From NCBI GenBank assembly GCA_043228905.1, contig JBHGNT010000009.1, forward strand, positions 19,468,001 through 19,532,000: 64,000 nt of DNA, in the 5' to 3' direction. Below, piece by piece: positions 38,519-49,499 of the stretch. Each line of letters opens with the position of its first letter. Positions within the stretch are counted from its first letter, which is position 1. The DNA comes from Azolla caroliniana. Lineage: Eukaryota > Plantae > Polypodiophyta. A program made the position numbers and the translations under genes. The notes below the pieces were generated by a model. That model did no database searches, was not told the DNA's origin, and saw only the letters and a program-made list of their open reading frames with translations.

Positions 38519-38896
38519 CACAAAAGACTCTTTATTCAATAGAAAAAGAATACAACACCCAACCTTACAAAAAGGTTACAAGGTCACTATATATAGTGAC
38601 CGACTTAGGGCAACTACCCTTTATGCTAATTACACAAATGCCCCAAACTTGGGCTATAGAAAGGGATAGTGTGAATACGTCCATTATACACTTGTATTCG
38701 ACACTCCCCCGTAATGGGCGTATACATGGGTTATCTAAGATTACAGGTATAGACTTAGGTTCTCGGACATATCAGCTTTGTTCGGGTCGGCAGGGTCCGA
38801 AGGCAGAAGACCGAACTGGTCGGGTCGGAACAGTTGAAGCCGATCATTAAGGAACTGATGTCGGTTGTCGGGAACCATCCTGCTCTGTGTCCGGCT

Positions 38897-41800
38897 CTAA
38901 CCGGACTGGTTTGTCGTTACGCCCATCTGATGCCGAAGAGACCGAAAACGGTCTGCCGAAAGACACTTGGTCATTCCATCTGCGACATTGTCGGTTGTGG
39001 ATATTTTCTCTAGACCGATTTTCCCTGAAATGACGCAGTCCCAAACGAAGTGATATCGAACGTCGATATGTTTGGAGGCGTTGTGGTGAACCGGATTTTT
39101 CGACAAGGCAACAGCACCTTGACTGTCGCTGTAGACAACTGGAGCCGAGTCATGGTCGACTTGTCGAAACGTGTGCGCCAGCCGACCGAGCCACAAAGCT
39201 TCTTTTGCTGCGTCGGACGCAGCTACATATTCTGCTTCGGTCGTTGAGGTCGCTGTGCACTCCTGAAGTTTCGACTTCCACGAGATTGCTCCATTGCCGA
39301 ATTTGAAGCAGTATCCGGTTGTTGATTTCCGACTGTCTATACAGCTGGCGAAATCCGAGTCGGTGTAACCGACTACGCCTGAGGTTCGGTTCGGACCGAA
39401 AAGAATGCCATGGTCTTTTGTGCCAGCCAGATATCTGAACACATGCTTGACTGCGTTCCAATGCGATCGGCCAGGATTGTGCATAAATCTGCTAACGACT
39501 CCTACGGCATGAGAAATATCAGGCCGTGTCGCGACCATCAGGTACATAAGGGAGCCGACTGCCGGTGCATACGGTACCGACTTCATATCTTCCCCCTCCG
39601 GACCGGATGTCGGGCAGTCTCGCTGAGAGAGCCGAAGATTCATGGGGAGCGGGGTTGAAGCAGATTTGGCTGATTGCATGTTGAAGCGTTCCAAGACACG
39701 TCCGATATAGTCGGTCTGAGACAAAAAAAGATGTCGTTTATCGCGATGCCGACTAATCTTCATGCCAAGGATGTGTCGTGCCGGACCGAGGTCCTTCATG
39801 GCAAACTTCAACCGCAGTTGCCGAATGAGATCGGCAAGTTCGCCCGCGTGGCGTCCAGAAATTAGCATGTCGTCCACGTAGATGATGAGGAAGATGGGTG
39901 ATCCATCTTGAGCTGTGTTGGTAAAAAGACAATGGTCCTCATCGCTTTTTGAGAAGCCGATCGATTGGATGAAGTCGTCGAACTTCTTGTACCATTGTCG
40001 CGGTGCCTGTTTGAGGCCGTATAGACTCTTCCTGAGTCGGCAGACTAGATGTTCTTGGCCAGTTGCCACGAAGCCTTTTGGCTGCTCCATATAAATTTCC
40101 TCCTCGAGATCACCATGGAGGAAGGCTGTTTTGACGTCTAGCTGAATCAGCTCCAAGTTGTCGGCTGCCACTACGCCGAGTAGAAAACGAAGGGTTGTCA
40201 TTTTCACCACTGGTGAAAAAATCTCGTCGAAGTCGACGCCATATTCTTGTCGGAAGCCCTTCGCAACTAATCTGGCCTTGTACTTTGGGGTGGTCGAATC
40301 AGACGTCTCTTTTAGTCGATAAACCCACTTGCAAGGAAGAGCACGTCGATTCTTAGGTAATTCGACCAGATCCCAAGTCTTGTTTGCCCGAATGGAGTGC
40401 ATTTCCGACTCCATCGCCATATGCCAGGTGGCTGAATCGACAGATGTCGATGCTTCTTCGTAAGACGTCGGTTCGCCGGCGTCGGTGAAGAAAATTCCAG
40501 GAGAGTACCTCTCCGGAGGTTGCGACAGTCTCTCGGATCGTCGAGGTATGATTGGACTGGTCGCATCGGGTATCGTGGTCGGATGGTCCGAAAGCGGATT
40601 GTTCTGCTGTGCCGAGTCGGGGTTGTCCGAGTCGGTAGTGTAAGGTTTAGCTACCCGTGAAGCTGACCGTGTGTTGAGAGCGGGGCCTTCTTGAAGGGTC
40701 GGCACATCGGAAAATGTTACCCTTCGGATTTCGATCGGTTTTTCGATTGATGGATTCATAGCCGACTCGTTGAACACAACGTCCGAACTTCGAACGATTT
40801 GTCTGCGTTCGGGGTCCCAGAGTCGGTATCCCATTTCGCCGTCTGATCCATATCCAAGGAAAATGCATTTCCTGGACCGAGGTGCAAGTTTTCGGCGATC
40901 ATCTTTCGGAATAAGGGCGTACGCCTCGCATCCGAAGATCCTCAGCTTGTCGTAATTCGGCTTACTGCCGATCCATAGTTCCTGAGGAATTTGAAGTCCT
41001 AGAGGTCTACTTGGCGACATATTGATTATGTGTACTGCCGTGAGTAGAGCCTCTGCCCAGAAGCCATCCGACAGTCCGGAGTGTTGGAGCATGGAAACTA
41101 TCCTTTCTTGGATTGTCCGATTCATTCGTTCTGCAATCCCGTTTTGCTCCGGACTGTGTGGTGCCGTAAATTCACGTCGGATGCCGCGTTGTCGGCAGAA
41201 TTTGACGAATTCATCGGATTTGAACTCTCCCCCATTGTCGGTCCGAAAGCATTTCAGTTTTCGGTCGGTTTGATTTTCTACCATAGCGAGCCAATCTGAG
41301 AAGATCGAGAAGACCCGATCTTTGGTGCGAATCGGATAAGCCCACACCTTTCGAGTCGAATCGTCAATAAAAGTGACGAAGTAAGAGGCACCGCCTAGAG
41401 ACTGATGCGGCATTGGGCCACAGACGTCCGAATGGACTAAATCGAGAGGTCTCGTTTCTCTTGGTGCTGATGTCGGGTGTGATGCGGCTGCTTGTTTGCC
41501 ATACTGGCAATGCTCGCAGAATTGATGGTCGGAAAAGGAGAGTTTGGGGATGTATCCGGCTCTAGATAGATGCGTGATGCCGGCCTTGCTGAGGTGTCCT
41601 AATCTTCTGTGCCATAGTGATGACACAGGAATATCCACCAAAAACAGGTTACCCTCTCTGAGCGTAACATGTAACGGATACAGGGAGTGTATCTTGGGTC
41701 CTCTAGCAAGCAGGAGGTTCCCCCTGTGGAGTGTCCACCCTCCCGAAGAAAAACCAGCACGAATGCCGTCTTCATCTAGTTGTCCGACTGAGATCAATGG

Positions 41801-42223
41801 CCTTGAGAGCTCGGGTACATGTCGGACATTGTGGAGTACAAGTGTAGAGCCACCTGCAAGGTTGAGCTCTACTGTGCCGATTCCGATGATGTCACAGTGT
41901 TGCGAGTTGCCGACTCGAACTGAGTCGGAGTGACGGATCGTATATTGCCGAAATTGGGATCGATGAGGAGTCACGTGAAATGACGCGCCCGAATCTAAGA
42001 GCCATGTGCTCGATTCTTCAATCGTGAGTAGAACTTCTGATCCGACTGGATTTTCGATTGATAGTATATTCGGGTCGTCTGGTAGCACATCAGCTGAGAA
42101 GCTGACGTAATTGATCTCCTCATGCCGGCCACTCTTCTTGTTGTTCTTGTTCTTGAGTGCGCGGCAGTCGGCTTTGATGTGTCCGGGTTTCTTGCAGTAG
42201 TTGCAGATTCGGTTATCCCGTGA
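38897..42223 (-). CDS. pol: Copia G zinc knuckle plus pol (protease, integrase, RT, RNase H), uninterrupted and in frame with gag
   Basis: CNYCKKPGHIKADC, WLLDSGASFH, LVHSDVCGP, RTDNGGEF, QLDVKTAFLHG, SLYGLKQAPRQW, IYVDDM and SKHIDVRYHF. ORF track 38897-42088 extended 45 codons upstream. Confidence 0.93.
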   Translation of the reverse strand, partial: SRDNRICNYCKKPGHIKADCRALKNKNNKKSGRHEEINYVSFSADVLPDDPNILSIENPVGSEVLLTIEESSTWLLDSGASFHVTPHRSQFRQYTIRHSDSVRVGNSQHCDIIGIGTVELNLAGGSTLVLHNVRHVPELSRPLISVGQLDEDGIRAGFSSGGWTLHRGNLLLARGPKIHSLYPLHVTLREGNLFLVDIPVSSLWHRRLGHLSKAGITHLSRAGYIPKLSFSDHQFCEHCQYGKQAAASHPTSAPRETRPLDLVHSDVCGPMPHQSLGGASYFVTFIDDSTRKVWAYPIRTKDRVFSIFSDWLAMVENQTDRKLKCFRTDNGGEFKSDEFVKFCRQRGIRREFTAPHSPEQNGIAERMNRTIQERIVSMLQHSGLSDGFWAEALLTAVHIINMSPSRPLGLQIPQELWIGSKPNYDKLRIFGCEAYALIPKDDRRKLAPRSRKCIFLGYGSDGEMGYRLWDPERRQIVRSSDVVFNESAMNPSIEKPIEIRRVTFSDVPTLQEGPALNTRSASRVAKPYTTDSDNPDSAQQNNPLSDHPTTIPDATSPIIPRRSERLSQPPERYSPGIFFTDAGEPTSYEEASTSVDSATWHMAMESEMHSIRANKTWDLVELPKNRRALPCKWVYRLKETSDSTTPKYKARLVAKGFRQEYGVDFDEIFSPVVKMTTLRFLLGVVAADNLELIQLDVKTAFLHGDLEEEIYMEQPKGFVATGQEHLVCRLRKSLYGLKQAPRQWYKKFDDFIQSIGFSKSDEDHCLFTNTAQDGSPIFLIIYVDDMLISGRHAGELADLIRQLRLKFAMKDLGPARHILGMKISRHRDKRHLFLSQTDYIGRVLERFNMQSAKSASTPLPMNLRLSQRDCPTSGPEGEDMKSVPYAPAVGSLMYLMVATRPDISHAVGVVSRFMHNPGRSHWNAVKHVFRYLAGTKDHGILFGPNRTSGVVGYTDSDFASCIDSRKSTTGYCFKFGNGAISWKSKLQECTATSTTEAEYVAASDAAKEALWLGRLAHTFRQVDHDSAPVVYSDSQGAVALSKNPVHHNASKHIDVRYHFVWDCVISGKIGLEKISTTDNVADGMTKCLSADRFRSLRHQMGVTTNQSG

Positions 42224-42913
42224 CTAGCTCCGTCTTCGCTGATTGTTCGGCGGTCGTGAGGAATCTCTTCCTCGTATGTTCGATCGGTCTGTCGAACCTT
42301 GTACTACATAAGCGTCGTCTGTTGAGTCTTTGGCGAAAGACTTTCTCCGAGCTGCTTCGGTCAGGATTGCGCTCGTGACTTCGGAGTATTTAACAGCCGT
42401 GGTTGACGCGTTGCACACGGTTGTGACGAAAGTTTCCCATGATGAGGGAAGGCTACTCATGAGTATCATTGCTCTGAGTTCATCCTCGATTGCCGTCCCC
42501 TGTGACGAGATTTGGGAGCTTATGCTTTCGTACTCATTGAGGTGTGCTTGAACCGAGTCGGATTCTTTCATCCGCAAGTTGTAGAGGCGCCGGATCAGAA
42601 ACATCTTCGTTGCGGCGACCTTCTTTTCGTAAGTGTCCGACAGTGTTTTCCACAGTTCGAATGCTGTCGTACACGATTGCACCGTAAAGTATACCGATTC
42701 CGATAGGTGCATCCGAATCGTGGCGCGGACGATTCTGTCCAGCTTCTGCCACTCAATTGGTTTGTATCCTTCTGGAGGTTCTTCATTTTCGATGGGATCG
42801 ATTTGCCCCTTGACTATGAGATAGTCCTGCATTTGCTCCTTCCAGAAGTTGAAGTTCGATCCATCGAACTTTCGTAGACTCATTTCTGACGAGCCGGATG
42901 TTGATGCCATCAA
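42224..42913 (-). CDS. gag: Copia G gag, ending at an in-frame TAG before the zinc knuckle
   Basis: KFDGSNFNFWK, LWKTLSDTYE and LMSSLPSSWETF. Confidence 0.85.
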   Translation of the reverse strand: MMASTSGSSEMSLRKFDGSNFNFWKEQMQDYLIVKGQIDPIENEEPPEGYKPIEWQKLDRIVRATIRMHLSESVYFTVQSCTTAFELWKTLSDTYEKKVAATKMFLIRRLYNLRMKESDSVQAHLNEYESISSQISSQGTAIEDELRAMILMSSLPSSWETFVTTVCNASTTAVKYSEVTSAILTEAARRKSFAKDSTDDAYVVQGSTDRSNIRGRDSSRPPNNQRRRS

Positions 42914-43577
42914 ATTCGGTTTCGGTTGACGAAGCTCGGTTCGGAGTTGACTACGAACCTTGTTGGAGTGCAGCCGGTTGGCTCACCCGATATCGTTCTA
43001 GTCGGATTTGAACCCGAGTCGGTTCGGCTTCGGAACTTGCTCGAATTGACTCCGGTAGCTTGAGGGACAGAACCGACTGGTCTTCCCGAATGTTGCCGAG
43101 TCGGAGTGAGCCCGGTTCGCTTCGGATATATATGCCGAATACCGATTATTGAAACCGATTATCTGGACCGATTCTGCTTCGGTTGACTGCAGCAACGAGA
43201 GAGACGGATCCAACTGATCCTCCCGAATGTCGATCAGCCAGATGAAGCACGAATTTGGGTTGTTGTCTTGAGACCGATCTGCACCGAGTGGTTACAATGA
43301 GCGGCGAGCAGCGTTTGATGACCTCTTCGGATGCCGTTTAACCGAATGGAGCACGATCGTGTCAATGTTGCACAAGGGGATTTCACCTCGAGCGGTTACG
43401 ATCACAAGGGACAGAGTACAACCTGCTGGCTTACTCCAAGCGAAGATGATCTAACGCGATGAGATGCAAGCCTCGTTTCTCTTCTTCTTCTCTCTTCTTC
43501 GAATGACGCAGGAAACCGAATGTTGTGCAGGCTGAGACGACGGCCGACAGCGGATTGAAGGACCGACTACTGTGCAG

Positions 43578-43589
43578 GCTCTGATACCA
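43578..43589 (-). promoter_or_regulatory. Primer-binding site (tRNA-iMet) of copia G
   Basis: TGGTATCAGAGC, 2 nt inside the 5' LTR end. Confidence 0.92.
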
Positions 43590-44566
43590 GATGTTGGAGA
43601 CGAGGTCGTCTATGCGGAAGATTAAGAAGCATTCGATTCTGTTCTGTACCTGCGTATGATCGTTTCTGAGGTCGTGCACAGAGATGGAGAGAGAGAGAGA
43701 GAGAGAGAGAGGCACAAAAGACTCTTTATTCAATAGAAAAAGAATACAACACCCAACCTTACAAAAAGGTTACAAGGTCACTATATATAGTGACCGACTT
43801 AGGGCAACTACCCTTTATGCTAATTACACAAATGCCCCAAACTTGGGCTATAGAAAGGGATAGTGTGAATACGTCCATTATACACTTGTATTCGACACAC
43901 CCTTGCACATGAGATCTATATATACCTCATTGTAGGTATTTTTGTATTTGATGATAATGATAATGCTAATTTAATATAGTTACTCATCCTCCATCTTCTG
44001 TTGTTCATAAGTGCATCTTCCTCTCTCTCTTCCTCTCACACACATACACACACATATCACATAGTCTTCAGCTGATTAACTTAATCACATAATCAGGTAC
44101 TAATTAACCCTTGCTTAATTACTTACCTAATTCTTAACATGGTATCAGATGACAATCTCGGCGAGGGAAAACCCTCCTTCGTTCTTCGACCTCTAATCAA
44201 TGTTATTGGTCTAAGAGAACCATGTCCGAACCAAGATGAAGATGTCGGAAGGACAAATGCTCTTCTCAAGCTTGGACGGTGTTCGAGGACGAGGTCACGA
44301 TGGAGGAGGTCACATCGGTAGAAGAGGCCAATTCGGCCCATCACATGAAGGGAACTCAAACCTTCACGGAAGCCATCGAGGAACCTTCGGAAGAAGGGGG
44401 ACCTTCCATACTGAACAAGGTAGGCAAACGAGGCCTGCAACTTGCAACTATTGCGGCAAATCAGCCACCGCGAGGAGGAGTGCCGAAAAAGAAGAAACGA
44501 GTTGGCTTCCACAAGTCAACAACTCACGAATTATACTGTCAACTCTGGATACGATGATTATAGCGG

Positions 44567-45172
44567 TGTCGTGAAGAAAACCGTCCACAAGCGGAATCGG
44601 TGCACCGGAGCGTAGGAACCGGCTCTTCATACACGTGCGCCTTATGTTGTATATAGAAGATCCTCGGTAGGTAGGAAGTTAATAGGATATGGCTCCTTCC
44701 TTGCCTATAAAAGGAGGGAGACAAGGAGGGGATGTATCGCGAAGCAAGAGAGGACGAAGTGCTGTCGGATTGTGGGCCGAAGGCTTCTCTCTCTTCCAAA
44801 CTCCATAGCTTCTTTCTGTGCAGGTTTCGGGAGGCTCGCGCTGCTCTGAGGAAAGCCCGGGTGCTTTCGGCAGCACCTCCAACCTACTCCTTTCTTTCTG
44901 TGCGTTTACGAACAGGCATCGACATCTGTTCGCCGGCCTGTTCGGTTGTAACCGACTTCGGGTTCTTGTTGTTTGTCTTATTTATATATATTTTTACATA
45001 CATTCGTGTCTCTCTGTGTCGTTGTCCCACTCGCGTCTTTGTGTCGAAGGGCCATGTCCCTGTGAATCTACGCTCGCACGTAGTGGGTCTCTCCTCCTTT
45101 CTCTCTTGCTCTTCGGTACAGGACCCCCGAGGTCCCGCCTCATTCCACGCATCCGCGAGGAATACCTCGACA
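44567..45172 (+). mobile_element. Solo LTR of an unrelated family inserted in F
   Basis: TGTCG..CGACA ends and a CCTATAAAAG box. Imperfect 4-bp TSD GCGG/ACGG. Absent from the homologous site of E (~19050-19060). Confidence 0.75.
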
Positions 45173-47524
45173 ACGGGCTATTCGTTATGGGGCCTAGAGT
45201 GAACTCTATGTCGGCCTCCAACTCCGCAAGCACCTCCAACTCGGAAGACGTGTGGTTCGTCGATTCCGGCGCCTCACATCACATGACATCCCACAAAGAG
45301 TGGTTCAATGACTTGCGTACACCGGATCAACCCGGCTACATAGAGACGGGAGACGACACCACACATCCCATTCGGCACATCGGCAATGTTCCATTCGGCA
45401 ACGATGACAAGAATGGAAGCTCGCTTCAACAAAGAAGGATGTTCATCGAGAAAGATGGCCGACTCATAGTGAAGGGGCGGAGAGACGGCTGAATGTTCAT
45501 CCTCGATTCGAACGAGGTAAAATCGGCAATGTACGCTAAAAGTCTCAAAACCGAGACCAACATCGAGTTGTGGCACAAGAGAATCGGCCACATAAACCTC
45601 CAACAGCTTCGAGCTATGCAAATAAAGGGAGTCGTCATCAGACTTCCGACATTCGAGTCGAAACAAGTCGATTGAGTATGTGAAGCATGTCAACTCAGCA
45701 AACAACATCAACTCTCATTCCCGAAGGATAGCTCCTCAAGCAAAGGCCTCCTCGACGTCATACACTTGGATGTATGGGGACCGGCTCAAACGCTGACGAT
45801 CGGCGGATGCGGATACTACATAACCTTCATTGACAATTACTCCCGCTATGCGTGGATCTTCCTAATGAAGAAGAAGAGCGAAGTGTTCTCTCACTTCCAA
45901 AAGCTCAAGGGCCAAGTCGAAAAAGAAACCGGTCGGCACATTCGATGCCTATGATCGGATGGAGGCAAGGAGTACTTCTCCGATGAATTCACCTCCTACC
46001 TCCAAAGTGAAGGCATTCGGAGAGAATTCTCGTGCCGACACACACCCCCAACAAAATGGAGTAGCCGAAAGGAAGAATCGGCAAATACTTGAGGTAGCAC
46101 ACGCCATGATGCATGAGAAGCACATGCCGAACTTCTATTGGGCCGAAGCGGCATCCACGGCCGTCTATCTCATGAACCGGTGCACCACTAATGGAGTGCA
46201 TGAGCTAACTCCATACCAACTCCTCGTCGGAAGGAAGCTGATCCTGTCGCACCTCATGGTGTTCGGAAGCATTGCGAATGTACGCATCTCGAATGAACAA
46301 CGACAGAAGTTCGACCCGAAGTCGGAGGAATGTATCATCATAGGATACTCGTCTGAGAAGAAGGCATACAAGTGCTACAACCTTCTACCCGAGTGGTTTG
46401 GGTAAGTCGAGACGTAGACTTCGACAAGTCCGCATCCTGGTACGCACCAGAGACAACTTCGACTCTGACTCCACTTGACCCGGAATCCACCGAACAAGAG
46501 GTAGAAGATGGATATCACTTCGAACACATGTTCAAAGAAAGTCTGATTACGGCAAGGCCTATCGGGCCACAAGAGCCCCCACGCGACCCAATCACGCCGC
46601 GGCCAAGTACGAACTTGGACAAAGGCAAAGGTAAGATGCCCGAATACGAAGTCGATCACCCCTCACTAAACAATGAGTTCGGTGTACCCATCATGCGGAC
46701 ACCCGGAGCAAAGAAGGCGTTCACACCGGCGAGCGAAAAATTTCGACGCTCATCTAGAGCGAAGAACCCCGTCACTCGGCACAGCTACAACGAGTACATG
46801 GCCCATCACTATGCCTTCGCGATGAAGGTAGTGGCCAAACAAAAGCCCATGAGCTCCACTACAGTGGCTAGTAACCCACGATGGGTAGAAGTTGTCGGCC
46901 TTCGCCCACACACTACAAGCCTTCGTCACCGGCTTGAGGGGGAGGACTCGAGATTGCCACTGCAAAGAAAGCTGAAGGCCAAACGGAAGCCGCACAGAAG
47001 CCGACATCGAAAGCTAGACAACGCTGAAAGCCAAAGCGGATGTCGGACGCCTCACACTTGAGCTTGAGGGGGTGTGTTGAGAGATCAAGCTCAACTTAGT
47101 TTAATTAGTTCGTGAACCATGTAACTTCATAGTTACCTAGATAGAATCTTGTTAGAAGTGTTGACTATAACGCCTTAAAAAGGACCTTGTACTTAAGTGG
47201 GATATTCTAGATCCTCCACTCCTAAGTACATTTAATATAGGACTTACACTTTTGTACCAATATTATCCTCACGCAAGTGCACCCTTGCACATGAGATCTA
47301 TATATACCTCATTGTAGGTATTTTTGTATTTGATGATAATGATAATGCTAATTTAATATAGTTACTCATCCCCCATCTTGTGTTGTTCATAAGTGTATCT
47401 TCCTCTCTCTCTTCCTCACACACGTACACACACATATCACATAATCTTCGGCTTATTAACTTAATCAGATAATCAGGTACTAATTAACCCTTGCTTAATT
47501 ACTTACCTAATTCTTAACAGTCCC

Positions 47525-49499
47525 GAACCAACCACCCATCCCAATGCCTTCCACGCTCCGACCTAACATGGGGACACTTTTCACGACCTCTAGGGTCACG
47601 AAGGTCATAAAAAAATTACAACATTGGAAATCCATGGACCACATATGATTGCGAGCCGAGCACATCATATATGCTTGAGAGTGCCTAGCCCCCTTTCTCA
47701 CTCTAATCTTCGACCGTGCCCTCGCCAAGGGTTTTTCACTACAATGGACCATGAACACAGTGGCCCCTATACATAAAGGAGGGGACCCAATGGACCCAAA
47801 TACATATAGGACCATTATGATAGGCCATACGCTCGCTAAACTATATGGTGTGGTAATGGAAGTGGAGCTTAGCGATTATATGGAAACATTAAGTCTTTGA
47901 GCACCTAAGCAAGCTGGCTTTAGACGAGCCTTCTCGAGGATTGACCATATCTTCACACTAAGGTGCTTAATTGACTAGACGAAGGCTCATAAGAAGAAAC
48001 TATATTGTTGCTTTGTGAACTTCCGCAAAGCCTTTGACACAGTTCCTAGGGGGAAGTTGTTTGATAGACTTAAGCGCTTGGAGATACCAAATGACATTAT
48101 CTGGCCCATTTATGCCCTATATGAGCAAGTCTCTGGGTGCGTAAGATGCCCAAGTGGCCTATGTGATTGCTTTACCAGCACCATTGGTGTAAAACAGGGT
48201 TGCCCCCTATCACCAACGCTCTTTGGGATCTACATTGATGAGATCATTGATTTTATTACTCGTAAGGGACGCAATGGAGAAGCTATTCGGGGTACACAAG
48301 TTAGTATCTTACTCTACGCAGACGACATCGTCTTGCTCTCGGAGTTTGAACACGACCTACAAAAGCATCTTAATGTCCTACATGACTTTTGCACACAACG
48401 AGGACTGGTAGTGAATCTAGCGAAAACTAAAGTCCTTATCTTTCATACATCGTCCCAACTTAGGAGTAAATGTCACCTAATGCTCTCTCATAAACTAGTT
48501 GATGTAGTTGGATCATATGTATACTTGGGAGTCACTTTTAGTGCTCGCTCAGGTAAATTCTCGATGACCCAGGCAACCAAAGATAAGCTAACGAGAGGGT
48601 ATGCATCCCTCTCACTCTTAGAGAGACAATGCCACCAAGCATACTTTCAAGAGCCACGGACTAAGGGATGGCTCTTCGACTCATTAGTGACCCCTTCCCT
48701 CATGTATGCATTAGTAGTATGGGCTCCAAGTCTACCATATTTCATGTGGACGCAATTAGAGAGACCTTTGGTGACGATGTTATCACATCAACTCTAAAGC
48801 AAATCGATAGTACCACATGACATTATTAGAGCAGAGTTCAATCTACCCCCGATGTTAGTAGAAGCACTATTAAAAGTGGTAGTTTTTATTCATCAAATAC
48901 ATAGCCAACCACAAGATAGGATATTCCGTCGAGCCTTTGAGGCATCTCAATCCCTACATGTGTCTGGAGACACTAGCTCTTGGGATAGCACTATGGTGAG
49001 TTGGTTACTTGCAAATGGCATAGACATTAATAACCTACCCCCCCTTAAGTACAACCATGGGACTGACCAAACCCTAATATCTCATGAAGACCGTAATAAA
49101 GTGATACGCCAAGAAATATGGCAAATTTACACTCGATATAAATGGATCACCCCACGAGAGCCACTCCCATCTAAACTGTTGTACTATAAGGAACACTTCT
49201 TGCACTTCTCTCAGTTAGGTTTTATTACACGATCAAGATATCTAGATACATTCTTATCAAATGCACTAAGGGCTGCCATTGGACAACTTAGGATATCATC
49301 TCACCAACTTGAGATTGAGAATGGTCGGGTTAATAGAGTCCCTAGGGAGGAAAGGCTATGTAGGTTGTGCCACATAGAGATAGAGGATGAGTATCACTTC
49401 ACATGCAAGTGCCCAACTTATGTCAAGATACGAATGGAATACCAAGACATATTAGGACCCTCTCCCACCCTCTCCAAACTATTAGATACCCCAACATAG
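47525..49499 (+). pseudogene. LINE ORF2 3' part: reverse transcriptase and C-terminal CCHC
   Basis: NFRKAFDTV, GVKQGCPLSPTLF, LLYADDIVLL, NLAKTKVL, YVYLGV and LRISSHQLEIENGR..ERLCRLC..EDEYHFTCKCPTY; several stops. Confidence 0.9.

Larger units (their letters stand above)
38390..43897 (-). mobile_element. Copia element G: full-length, very recent insertion
   Basis: TSD CACCC (38385-38389, 43898-43902). LTRs 38390-38703 and 43592-43897 are identical by eye except (GA)16 vs (GA)12. PBS at 43589-43578; PPT near 38711-38704. Confidence 0.97.
38180..47519 (+). mobile_element. Copia element F (LTR family Y): both LTRs present, RT/RNaseH absent
   Basis: TSD GTCCC (38175-38179, 47520-47524). 5' LTR is 38180-38389 plus 43903-44139; PBS TGGTATCAGA at 44140; 3' LTR 47075-47519. 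Protease and integrase are decayed and the 5' gag is deleted. Confidence 0.92.
36327..49499 (+). mobile_element. LINE (ORF1 end plus APE-RT-CCHC ORF2), RTEX/L2-group-like, split by copia F
   Basis: Starts right after (CT)n at ~36278-36326. ORF2 reads through LYHVP|NQPPIP once F and one GTCCC copy are removed. Confidence 0.88.
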
